Part shown: piece by piece, positions 8,650-16,639 of the stretch
Layout of the letters: every line of letters starts with the position of its first letter
How positions within the stretch are numbered: the stretch's first letter is position 1
IMG/VR virus record: IMGVR_UViG_2541047817_000001
Location: 1-42,069 of that record
DNA length: 42,069 nucleotides
Direction: 5' to 3' (one strand)
Source of the DNA: a virus
Lineage: Duplodnaviria > Heunggongvirae > Uroviricota > Caudoviricetes
Position numbers and translations under genes: made by a program
Notes under the pieces: generated by a model
What the model was told of the DNA's origin: nothing
Databases searched by the model: none
Seen by the model: only the letters and a program-made list of their open reading frames with translations

Positions 8650-9591
8650 ATGAGCACTAAATTAACCGGCTATGTATGGGATGGTTGCGCTGCATCAGGC
8701 ATGAAATTATCCAGCGTGGCAATTATGGCCCGCCTGGCTGATTTCAGTAATGACGAAGGTGTGTGCTGGCCATCAATTGAAACCATTGCCCGCCAGATTG
8801 GCGCGGGAATGAGTACCGTCAGAACGGCTATCGCACGGCTGGAAGCAGAAGGCTGGTTAACGCGTAAGGCGCGTCGCCAGGGTAACCGCAATGCGTCGAA
8901 TGTTTATCAGCTTAACGTTGCGAAGCTTCAGGCAGCGGCATTTTCTCAACTGTCAGATTCTGACCCGTCAAAATCTGACGCATCAAAATCTGACCCGTCA
9001 AAATTTGATGCGTCGAAATCTGGCAAAAAAGCGGGTTTTCACCCGTCAGAATCTGGCGGGGATCCGTCAGTAAAATCAAAACATGATCCGTCAGATAAAA
9101 AAACTTCTCGTCCGGACGCTTCGCAACCGGACACGCAGACGGCTGAACAGGAGTTTTTAACTCGCCATCCTGATGCGGTTGTATTCAGCCCTAAAAAGCG
9201 CCAGTGGGGAACGCAGGATGATTTGACCTGCGCACAGTGGCTCTGGAAAAAAATCATCGCCCTGTACGAGCAGGCCGCCGAATGTGACGGCGAGGTGGTT
9301 CGTCCCAAAGAACCGAACTGGACAGCCTGGGCAAACGAAATTCGCCTGATGTGTGTGCAGGATGGTCGTACTCACAAACAAATCTGCGAGATGTACAGCC
9401 GCGTCAGCCGCGATCCGTTCTGGTGCCGTAACGTGCTCAGCCCGTCGAAGCTGCGGGAAAAATGGGATGAGCTTTCCCTGCGCTTATCGCCGTCCGTCAG
9501 CACGTACACCGAAAAACGCGAAGACCCGTACTTCAAAGCCAGTTACGACAACGTGGACTACAGCCAGATCCCGGCAGGATTCAGGGGGTGA
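8650..9591 (+). CDS. Replication initiation protein (O-like, N-terminal HTH; 313 aa)
   Basis: N-terminal winged-helix/HTH (WPSIETIARQIGAGMSTVRTAIARLEAEGWL). Central low-complexity DPSKSDASKSD region encoded by iteron-like DNA repeats. Sits at the lambdoid O position. Confidence 0.7.
   Translation: MSTKLTGYVWDGCAASGMKLSSVAIMARLADFSNDEGVCWPSIETIARQIGAGMSTVRTAIARLEAEGWLTRKARRQGNRNASNVYQLNVAKLQAAAFSQLSDSDPSKSDASKSDPSKFDASKSGKKAGFHPSESGGDPSVKSKHDPSDKKTSRPDASQPDTQTAEQEFLTRHPDAVVFSPKKRQWGTQDDLTCAQWLWKKIIALYEQAAECDGEVVRPKEPNWTAWANEIRLMCVQDGRTHKQICEMYSRVSRDPFWCRNVLSPSKLREKWDELSLRLSPSVSTYTEKREDPYFKASYDNVDYSQIPAGFRG
8950..9100 (+). repeat. Iteron-like tandem direct repeats (putative phage replication origin) inside the replication gene
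   Basis: About five 15-bp repeats with core TCAAAATCTGAC (8950-9024), then degenerate CCGTCAG-containing repeats and an A-rich tract (GATAAAAAAA) near 9090-9100. Confidence 0.55.
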
Positions 9592-9593
9592 TC

Positions 9594-10082
9594 ATGAGTC
9601 TTTTGAATGAAGTTCAGAAATACATTGAAGCCCATCCGGGGTGTACTTCCGGAGACATTGCGGATGCTTTTGCAGGTTACTCACGGCAGCGCGTTCTGCA
9701 GTCAGCAAGCAAGTTACGTCAGAGTGGGCGTGTGGCTCACCGTTGTGAAGGAGATACACGCAGACATTTCCCTCGCCTGACTGAGAGAGCGCAGGAGCCG
9801 GAACCACAACCAGTTCGTGAAACCAGACCTGTGCGCAATTTCTATGTCGGCACTAACGATCCACGGGTAATTTTGTGCCTGACCCGCCAGGCTGAAGAAC
9901 TGGAGTCCAGGGGCTTATACCGTCGTGCTGCAACCGTGTGGATGGCGGCATTCCGTGAAAGCCACTCCCAGCCAGAACGAAACAATTTTCTGGAGCGTCG
10001 TGAGCGGTGCTTACGGAAAAGCAGCAAGCGCGCGGCATCGGGTGAAGAGTGGTATCTGTCAGGGAATTACGTGGGGGCTTAA
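9594..10082 (+). CDS. PerC-family-like transcriptional regulator (162 aa)
   Basis: ATG at 9594 preceded by GGGGG. The motif AEELESRGLYRRAATVWMAAF resembles the PerC signature; N-terminus looks like a winged helix. Confidence 0.55.
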   Translation: MSLLNEVQKYIEAHPGCTSGDIADAFAGYSRQRVLQSASKLRQSGRVAHRCEGDTRRHFPRLTERAQEPEPQPVRETRPVRNFYVGTNDPRVILCLTRQAEELESRGLYRRAATVWMAAFRESHSQPERNNFLERRERCLRKSSKRAASGEEWYLSGNYVGA

Positions 10083-10735
10083 TGAGTAATAAATATTGCC
10101 AGGCGCTGGCGGAACTGCGGAACAAACCAGCCCATGAACTGAAGGAAGTGGGCGATCAGTGGCGCACGCCGGATAACATTTTCTGGGGAATTAACACCCT
10201 GTTTGGCCCGTTTGTTCTGGATCTGTTCACTGATGGTGATAACGCCAAATGTGCTGCGTATTACACGGCGGAAGACAACGCGCTGGCGCATGACTGGTCA
10301 GAACGTCTTGTGGAGCTTAAAGGTGCTGCCTTTGGTAATCCCCCATACAGCCGCGCCAGTCAGCATGAGGGGCAATACATCACCGGCATGCGTTACATCA
10401 TGAAACATGCCAGTGCCATGCGTGATAAGGGTGGGCGCTATGTTTTCCTGATCAAAGCTGCCACCAGCGAAGTGTGGTGGCCGGAAGATGCGGACCATAT
10501 TGCTTTTATTCGCGGGCGTATTGGTTTTGAACTGCCTGCCTGGTTTATCCCGAAAGATGAGAAGCAGGTGCCGACAGGCGCTTTCTTCGCTGGTGCTATT
10601 GCTGTTTTCGACAAGACCTGGAAGGGACCGGCAATCAGCTACATCGGGCGCGATGAACTTGAGGCATGTGGTGAGGCGTTTCTGGTGCAGGTTCGCCAGC
10701 AGGCGGAAAAACTGGTCAGGGAGATGGCGGCATGA
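10082..10735 (+). CDS. Phage DNA N6-adenine methyltransferase (Dam-like, orphan)
   Basis: Contains the NPPY catalytic motif (AFGNPPYSRA). ATG at 10082 overlaps the upstream stop. No adjacent restriction endonuclease. Confidence 0.8.
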   Translation: MSNKYCQALAELRNKPAHELKEVGDQWRTPDNIFWGINTLFGPFVLDLFTDGDNAKCAAYYTAEDNALAHDWSERLVELKGAAFGNPPYSRASQHEGQYITGMRYIMKHASAMRDKGGRYVFLIKAATSEVWWPEDADHIAFIRGRIGFELPAWFIPKDEKQVPTGAFFAGAIAVFDKTWKGPAISYIGRDELEACGEAFLVQVRQQAEKLVREMAA

Positions 10736-11058
10736 CGACGTTAACTCAATGCCAGCAGCAGGTGCTGGATATGCTGATTTCTTACCAGAAAGAACGTGGC
10801 TTCCCGCCAACCAATCAGGAGGTGGCAACCATGCTGGGATACCGTTCAGTGAATGCAGCGGTGGAACATCTTCGCGCACTGGAGAAAAAAGGCGTCATCA
10901 CGATAAAGCGTGGCGTGGCCCGGGGTATCACTCTTCATACCGCGGTGAAGGACGACGACAGCGAGGCGGTCGGGATTATCCGCTCACTGCTTGCCGGTGA
11001 GGAAAACGCCAGGCTGCGTGCAACCCACTGGTTACATGAGAGAGGCCTGAAAGTATGA
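10732..11058 (+). CDS. LexA N-terminal DNA-binding-domain protein (108 aa; no peptidase domain)
   Basis: LTQCQQQVLDMLISYQKERGFPPTNQEVATMLGYRSVNAAVEHLRALEKKGVI parallels the LexA N-terminal winged-helix domain. The ORF ends before any S24 peptidase region. Confidence 0.7.
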   Translation: MTTLTQCQQQVLDMLISYQKERGFPPTNQEVATMLGYRSVNAAVEHLRALEKKGVITIKRGVARGITLHTAVKDDDSEAVGIIRSLLAGEENARLRATHWLHERGLKV

Positions 11059-11444
11059 AGCTGATCCTGCCTTTCCCGCCCAGCGTGAACACGTACTGGC
11101 GACACCCCAACAAAGGGGCATTTGCTGGTAAGAGCCTGATAAGCGCGGCGGGGCGAAAATTTCAGAGCGCGGCGTGCGCAGCAATAGTTGAGCAGTTACG
11201 TCGTCTGCCAAAACCAACGTCGGCACCTGCTTCAGTGGAGATCGTGTTGTTTCCTCCGGATAACCGGATCCGCGATCTGGACAACTATAACAAGGCGCTG
11301 TTTGACGCGTTGACCCACGCGGGTGTGTGGGAAGACGACAGACAGGTGAAAAGAATGCTGGTGGAGTGGGGACCGGTTATCCCGAAAGGGAAGGTCGAGA
11401 TCACCATCAGTAAGTACGAGAAAACGGCGGGTGCAGCCGCCTGA
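11055..11444 (+). CDS. rusA: Holliday junction resolvase RusA
   Basis: 129-aa protein with the RusA-type motifs (PPSVNTYW, DLDNYNKALFDALT). Typical lambdoid position between the replication genes and Q. Confidence 0.85.
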   Translation: MKLILPFPPSVNTYWRHPNKGAFAGKSLISAAGRKFQSAACAAIVEQLRRLPKPTSAPASVEIVLFPPDNRIRDLDNYNKALFDALTHAGVWEDDRQVKRMLVEWGPVIPKGKVEITISKYEKTAGAAA

Positions 11445-11463
11445 TCAAGAGGAGAAACGAAGT

Positions 11464-12261
11464 ATGAATAATCTGATGGTCATTGATGGTATTGAAGTTC
11501 GTCGTGATGCTTATGGTCGTTACAGCCTGAACGATCTGCACAGGGCTGCCGGTTCTCTGGATAAGCATAAGCCTGCATTCTGGCTCCGCAATGAGCAAAC
11601 TGAACGTTTAATAAGCGAGTTGCAGATTTGCAACTCGGTCAATATAGAGCCAGTTAACGTTATTCGTGGCGGAAATAACCAGGGGACGTATGTCTGCAAA
11701 GAACTGGTGTATGCCTATGCAATGTGGATAAGCCCGTCATTCCATCTGAAGGTGATCCGTACTTTCGACATGGTAACCAGCGCACCGGAAAAATTATCCG
11801 GACAGGCTGCTGACAAGATGCAGGCTGGTGTGATTCTGCTGGACTTTATGCGCCGGGAATTAAACCTGTCTAACTCTTCAGTGCTTGGTGCCTGTCAGAA
11901 ACTCCAGGAGGCTGTTGGCTTACCGAATCTGGCACCGCGCTATGCCATTGATGCTCCTGCTGACGCGCCTGATGGCTCAAGCCGCCCCACGCTGTCACTG
12001 AGTGCACTGCTGAAGCAGTATGGTATCCGCCTGACAGCTAATCAGGCATATCACCAGATGGCGAAGCTGGGGATCGTTGAACAACGTGAACGATACAGCC
12101 GCACTGCGATTAACAACATCAAAAAATTCTGGTCGCTGACGGCGAAAGGCTGCATGTTCGGCAAGAACATCACCAGTCCCGCAAATCCGCGCGAGACGCA
12201 GCCGCATTTCTTCGAATCCCGGTTCCCTGAGCTGTTAAAGCTGCTCGATACCGTTCATTGA
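11464..12261 (+). CDS. KilA-N domain protein (antirepressor-like)
   Basis: ATG at 11464. N-terminal KilA-N-like segment (MNNLMVIDGIEVRRDAYGRYSLNDLHRAAG...KPAFWL). Confidence 0.65.
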   Translation: MNNLMVIDGIEVRRDAYGRYSLNDLHRAAGSLDKHKPAFWLRNEQTERLISELQICNSVNIEPVNVIRGGNNQGTYVCKELVYAYAMWISPSFHLKVIRTFDMVTSAPEKLSGQAADKMQAGVILLDFMRRELNLSNSSVLGACQKLQEAVGLPNLAPRYAIDAPADAPDGSSRPTLSLSALLKQYGIRLTANQAYHQMAKLGIVEQRERYSRTAINNIKKFWSLTAKGCMFGKNITSPANPRETQPHFFESRFPELLKLLDTVH

Positions 12262-12262
12262 G

Positions 12263-13258
12263 GTGACCGTGAGAGCGCTACTGATCCCTGAAATTGCCCC
12301 GCGTATGGGGATCGTATTGTTCAGGCCAGGTTCAGAGCTGATGCCCCTGTTTATGCAGGGGCGTGTCCTGCTGGAGCCTGAGCCGGAACGTTATTCATCT
12401 TTCGCCAGTGGTGCCGTTCCGGCGGCATCACAACCGCTGGCGGATGATCCTGCCGTTCGGGCCGTGTTCCGTAATGAGGCAGTGATTCGTCGTGCTGGTG
12501 GGTTGGAATGTCTTGAAAGCTGGTTACTTCGTGAAAAAGGCTGCCAGTGGCCTCATTCCGACTGGCACAGCGAGAACATGACCACAATGCGACACGCGCC
12601 GGGTGCAATCCGTCTGTGCTGGCACTGCGATAATCAGTTACGTGATCAGTTCACGGAGCGGCTGGAATCAATGGCAACGGATAACTGTGCCCGTTGGGTG
12701 TTGTCTGTAGTCCGTCGGGATCTCGATTTTGATGATAACCATGCCGTGACAATGCCGGAACTGTGCTGGTGGCTGATTCGTAATGACCTGGCGGATGCCT
12801 TACCTGAAAGCGCAGCCCGTAAGGCGCTGAGATTACCGAAACCTGTTGTGCCGTCTGTCACCCGGGAAAGTGACCTTGTGCCTTCGGTTCCTGCCACCAG
12901 CATCATCCTGGATAAAGCGAAAAAGGTGCTGGCGCTGAAAGTGGATCCGGAGTCGCCGGAGTCTTTTATGTTACGCCCAAAAAGCCGCCGCTGGGTTAAT
13001 GAAAAGTACACGCGCTGGGTTAAGACACAGCCGTGTGCATGTTGTGGAAAGCCTGCTGATGATCCCCACCATCTGATAGGCCACGGTCAGGGTGGAATGG
13101 GTACAAAAGCGCATGACCTCTTTGTGTTGCCTTTGTGCAGAAAGCATCACGACGAGCTGCATGCGGATACCGTGGCATTTGAAGAGAAGTATGGCTCTCA
13201 GCTGGAGCTGATATTTCGTTTTATCGATCGTGCGCTGGCAATTGGCGTACTGGCCTGA
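12263..13258 (+). CDS. DUF968-family phage protein (YdfU-like, 331 aa)
   Basis: Cys/His-rich C-terminus (CACCGKPADDPHHLIGHGQGGMGTKAHD...CRKHHDELH) typical of DUF968 proteins found upstream of Q in lambdoid prophages. Non-ATG start in the ORF track. Confidence 0.65.
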   Translation: MTVRALLIPEIAPRMGIVLFRPGSELMPLFMQGRVLLEPEPERYSSFASGAVPAASQPLADDPAVRAVFRNEAVIRRAGGLECLESWLLREKGCQWPHSDWHSENMTTMRHAPGAIRLCWHCDNQLRDQFTERLESMATDNCARWVLSVVRRDLDFDDNHAVTMPELCWWLIRNDLADALPESAARKALRLPKPVVPSVTRESDLVPSVPATSIILDKAKKVLALKVDPESPESFMLRPKSRRWVNEKYTRWVKTQPCACCGKPADDPHHLIGHGQGGMGTKAHDLFVLPLCRKHHDELHADTVAFEEKYGSQLELIFRFIDRALAIGVLA

Positions 13259-13275
13259 TTTTGTGGAGAAAGTTG

Positions 13276-13623
13276 ATGCGTGATATGTATGAAGTGATGG
13301 ATCGTTGGGGAGCTTGGGCTGCTTCAGACAATAGCGGAGTGGACTGGCAACCGGTAGCCGCTGGCTTCAAGGGGCTTTTACCTCATGGCAAAAAGTCCCG
13401 GATTCAGTGTGATGATGATGAGGGGCTCATGATCGATGGGTGCGTAGCTAGATTAAGAAAGTACAAACCAGAAGAGTATGAGTTAGTTATAGCCCATTTT
13501 GTGGTAGGGATTTCATTGCGAGCCATTGCTAAGAAGAGAAAGTGTTCGGATGGGACTATCAGGAAAGAGTTGCAAACATCGCTTGGTTTCATTGAAGGCA
13601 TTGTTTGCACTCTTGCCTGTTAA
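13276..13623 (+). CDS. Q: Late-gene antiterminator Q (small Q family, 115 aa)
   Basis: ATG at 13276 (MRDMYEVMDRW...). Small Q-like protein in the conserved position ahead of the lysis genes. Confidence 0.7.
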   Translation: MRDMYEVMDRWGAWAASDNSGVDWQPVAAGFKGLLPHGKKSRIQCDDDEGLMIDGCVARLRKYKPEEYELVIAHFVVGISLRAIAKKRKCSDGTIRKELQTSLGFIEGIVCTLAC

Positions 13624-13644
13624 CTATTCTTAACTGTCTTCTAG

Positions 13645-14529
13645 TTATATTGGGCGCTTTGAATTCGATTTAAAGCGTCTTCCACTTATTCCAGAAACCC
13701 AAATGTCTTCCTCAAGAAAGTCAAGAAGGGCTTTTATTTCTTTTTTTGATGAAGGCATGACAATTTTCTCAACACCGCCAACTATTATGGTTTGTAAGGG
13801 GAAATTAACTTTAGCAGCTTCGGATTTAAACTTTGACATATTTTGGGGTGTTAGCATCCCAGTCTGATTTATTAGTGTTACTTTATTTCTTATCACTGTA
13901 TCTGCAACGGATTTTAGATCAAAACCTTGGGGAGTAGAAAATATACTAAGTTGACTAAATGCATTAAGTTCTTGGTCAGTAGCAGCAGAAAAATAGGACG
14001 ACATGTCAAAAATGCTTCTTAGATTAAAGAAACTCTTAAATCGTATTGTATCATTGATAATTATTGCAACTAGTTTATCATCAACATTAAAACCGATGCT
14101 ATTAGCTTTACTAAAGGTAGTTTTGCTTGCAAAAAGCTTTCCAAAGAATGATTTTGAGGTATCTAAGATTTGTTTTTTGTTGAAAGTTTGTAGTGCAATA
14201 ATATTGGGGTTTGCTGGCGCGTCAACACCAACAAATAATGCTTTAATATAACCAATATCAATTTGGCTAGGATCCCAGATAGGCACGGCGGTAGGCCTAT
14301 TGACTGCGTCAATCAGGCGTGCAGAATCAGTAAAGTTTTGTATTTCAAAACACTCACTATGTTTTGGTGTATAACCGGCATAGAATGGTATCATATTGTT
14401 ATGATGACTTTCAAAATATTGACGCTGTTGTTGGAAAATGGCCGTAACAGAAGTACTTGCTGTTGCATCAAGTTCGACTCTAACAATTCTCGTTGCAATT
14501 GTATTATCTATTACTGCAAAAAGTGCCAT
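13645..14529 (-). CDS. Hypothetical protein (294 aa); second gene of the AT-rich antisense island; candidate defence component
   Basis: ORF with no recognisable motif, visibly AT-rich, on the opposite strand to the late operon, 5 nt downstream of the membrane-protein gene. Confidence 0.6.
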   Translation of the reverse strand: MALFAVIDNTIATRIVRVELDATASTSVTAIFQQQRQYFESHHNNMIPFYAGYTPKHSECFEIQNFTDSARLIDAVNRPTAVPIWDPSQIDIGYIKALFVGVDAPANPNIIALQTFNKKQILDTSKSFFGKLFASKTTFSKANSIGFNVDDKLVAIIINDTIRFKSFFNLRSIFDMSSYFSAATDQELNAFSQLSIFSTPQGFDLKSVADTVIRNKVTLINQTGMLTPQNMSKFKSEAAKVNFPLQTIIVGGVEKIVMPSSKKEIKALLDFLEEDIWVSGISGRRFKSNSKRPI

Positions 14530-14534
14530 GGTTA

Positions 14535-15056
14535 TTATCCTTTAACATGTAGAAATGTGTAGTCTGTTAATTGAATAACTGTAAATTTGATATCTTTAAT
14601 ATCAGTAATAACTGATTTAGAAATCAATACAAAACCTACGCCGGTGTCATCTTCAGCTTCGTAAAATTTATAACCGATAAGTGACAATACTGGGTTAAAG
14701 TTATAGTTCTCGGAAAAGCTGATGTAAAATAACAATGATAAATAAAAGAATAACGCATATGCTTTATTTTCAGCAATAGAATCTGTTCCTAGGAGAGGGA
14801 ATAAATAGCTTAAGAAATAATTAGTTACTTCTTTGTTAGCGGGAGAAACTGAACTAATATTTTTTGTCAGAGGTTCAAGTTGTTTCTCAGCATATTGAAT
14901 CAGGCCTATTGCTAATAACCAACTTGCTATGCCAACGCATAAGCTATATTGCATCAGCCAAACCGTATCTTTTACATATCCAATAAAAAATAGAGTTGCG
15001 CAAACAGGTGCAATTGAGCTGGCTGTTAATAATAAGCGTGCTAATTTGTTCATCAT
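14535..15056 (-). CDS. Integral membrane protein (173 aa, about 4 TM helices); first gene of the AT-rich antisense island
   Basis: Hydrophobic segments at roughly residues 8-28, 36-56, 80-91 and 100-118. AAGGA ribosome-binding site ahead of the ATG at 15054-15056. Visibly AT-rich. Confidence 0.6.
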   Translation of the reverse strand: MMNKLARLLLTASSIAPVCATLFFIGYVKDTVWLMQYSLCVGIASWLLAIGLIQYAEKQLEPLTKNISSVSPANKEVTNYFLSYLFPLLGTDSIAENKAYALFFYLSLLFYISFSENYNFNPVLSLIGYKFYEAEDDTGVGFVLISKSVITDIKDIKFTVIQLTDYTFLHVKG

Positions 15057-15213
15057 GATATCCTTTGTACTGTTTATGCATACAGCACTTTACATCATGT
15101 ACTCCAAAGTATCTATCTTGTGAAGAATCTTACACTAAATACTACAGAAAAAGTTAACGCGTACGCAAAAAGTATTATATCGTGTTAAGAGTGGTTACTT
15201 TGCCACACAGCTT

Positions 15214-15246
15214 AAACCCGCCGTCGAGCGGGTTTTGTCATTTCTG
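15214..15246 (+). terminator. Hairpin plus T-tract; candidate tR' of the late leader transcript
   Basis: AAACCCGC-CGTCGA-GCGGGTTT followed by TGTCATTTCT, in the intergenic region upstream of the holin. Confidence 0.35.
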
Positions 15247-15387
15247 GGCCTTGGTATTCGTTGGGCTTGGTCTATCTAGTACTTATCCATTGGCTCGGCT
15301 TCTTTTACGTTTCCGCTTCTGGTTTGCGGTTCGTGGTACTCCCTCAATTTGCACCTCCTGTATCGGCGAGGTGAGAGATAACTACAA

Positions 15388-15714
15388 ATGCCTCATAACC
15401 CAAATACTTGGCTGGACTTGGTCCAGAGCTGGTGGCGTGGAGACACACCGCTGGGCGCAGTGATTATGTCGATTGTTATGGCTGGTTTGCGTATCGCCTA
15501 CTTTGATGGTGGTGGCGGCTGGAAGCGAAAAACGCTCGAGATTTTGCTCTGTGGCGCTCTGACTCTGACTTTTGCATCCGCGCTTGAGTATGTCGGATGG
15601 CCTAAATCGCTTTCTGTTGCCATTGGTGGTGGCGTTGGGTTGATCGGTGTCGATGCTATTCGTGGGGCTGCAATGAGAGTAATCGGTAATAAGTTTGGTG
15701 GCTCTAAGGAGTAA
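15388..15714 (+). CDS. Holin (lambda S-like class, 108 aa)
   Basis: Small membrane protein with about 3 TM segments and a charged C-terminus, immediately upstream of the endolysin. Confidence 0.75.
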   Translation: MPHNPNTWLDLVQSWWRGDTPLGAVIMSIVMAGLRIAYFDGGGGWKRKTLEILLCGALTLTFASALEYVGWPKSLSVAIGGGVGLIGVDAIRGAAMRVIGNKFGGSKE

Positions 15715-15717
15715 TTT

Positions 15718-16194
15718 ATGCAGGTACTAAATTCCCAGCGTAAAGCTTTCCTCGATATGGTGGCATGGTCAGAAGGAACGGATAACGGGCGACAACCGAC
15801 ACGTAACCACGGTTATGATGTTATTGTTGGCGGCGAACTGTTCACTGATTACTCCGATCACCCTCGCAAACTTGTCACGCTAAACCCCAAACTCAAATCA
15901 ACAGCCGCCGGGCGTTATCAGCTTCTTTCACGCTGGTGGGATGCTTACCGTAAACAGCTTGGTTTGAAAGACTTCTCCCCCAAAAGCCAGGACGCAGTGG
16001 CATTGCAGCAGATTAAAGAGCGTGGCGCTTTACCGATGATTGATCGCGGTGATATCCGTCAGGCTATCGATCGTTGCAGCAATATCTGGGCGTCATTACC
16101 CGGCGCTGGTTACGGTCAGTATGAACATAAAATCGGTGACCTGATTGCCCGATTCAAAGAGGCTGGCGGGGTGGTAAATGAAGTTGAGCTATAA
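15718..16194 (+). CDS. R: Endolysin, lambda R-type lytic transglycosylase (158 aa)
   Basis: Near-identical to lambda R as recalled (NSQRKAFLDMVAWSEGTDNGRQPTRNHGYDVIVGGELFTDYSDHPRK...). Confidence 0.9.
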   Translation: MQVLNSQRKAFLDMVAWSEGTDNGRQPTRNHGYDVIVGGELFTDYSDHPRKLVTLNPKLKSTAAGRYQLLSRWWDAYRKQLGLKDFSPKSQDAVALQQIKERGALPMIDRGDIRQAIDRCSNIWASLPGAGYGQYEHKIGDLIARFKEAGGVVNEVEL

Positions 16195-16639
16195 GCTGGT
16201 TATCGTTGCTTTCTTCGTTACTGTCATTGGTTCTTTCATCTGTTCAGTGAATCGTTACCACAATAAAGCCATTGAATACAAAATGCAGCGTGATGAGAAT
16301 GCTATGGCATTAGATTCGGCTATGGCGACCATCTTTGATATGCAGAAGCGTCAACGTGACGTAGCAGAACTTGACGCCAGATACACAAAGGAGCTTGCTG
16401 ATGCTAATGCGACTATCGAAAGTCTCCGTGCTGATGTTTCTTCTGGGCGTAAGCGCCTGCAAGTCGCCGCCACCTGTGCAAAATCAACGACCAGAGCCAG
16501 CGGCATGGGCGATGGAGAAAGCCCAGGACTTACAGCAGATGCTGAATTCAATTATTACCGTCTCCGAAGTGGAATCGACAGGATAACCGCACAGGTTAAT
16601 TACCTACAGGAATACATCAGAACTCAATGCATGAATTAA
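16178..16639 (+). CDS. Rz: Rz i-spanin (153 aa)
   Basis: N-terminal TM anchor followed by a coiled-coil region; homologous to lambda Rz (NRYHNKAIEYKMQRDENA..., QRDVAELDARYTKELADA...). Confidence 0.8.
   Translation: MKLSYKLVIVAFFVTVIGSFICSVNRYHNKAIEYKMQRDENAMALDSAMATIFDMQKRQRDVAELDARYTKELADANATIESLRADVSSGRKRLQVAATCAKSTTRASGMGDGESPGLTADAEFNYYRLRSGIDRITAQVNYLQEYIRTQCMN
16401..16586 (+). CDS. Rz1: Rz1 o-spanin lipoprotein, embedded in Rz in the +1 frame
   Basis: Signal peptide with lipobox (MRLSKVSVLMFLLGVSAC) followed by a proline-rich mature segment (KSPPPVQNQRPEPAAW), all within the Rz gene. The start could be the ATG at 16401 or 16407. Confidence 0.65.
   Translation: MLMRLSKVSVLMFLLGVSACKSPPPVQNQRPEPAAWAMEKAQDLQQMLNSIITVSEVESTG

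Noticed and set aside
8950-9100. CRISPR array
   Set aside because: The repeats are about 15 bp, directly adjacent with no unique spacers, and lie in frame within a protein-coding gene. They are iterons.
13624-15387. Shiga toxin (stxAB) at the Q-S junction
   Set aside because: Both island genes are on the opposite strand, one is a multi-pass membrane protein, and neither has AB5 toxin size or signal-peptide organisation.
15182-15463. 93-aa ORF upstream of and overlapping the holin start
   Set aside because: It overlaps the hairpin/promoter region and the holin start in another frame, has odd composition and no ribosome-binding site.
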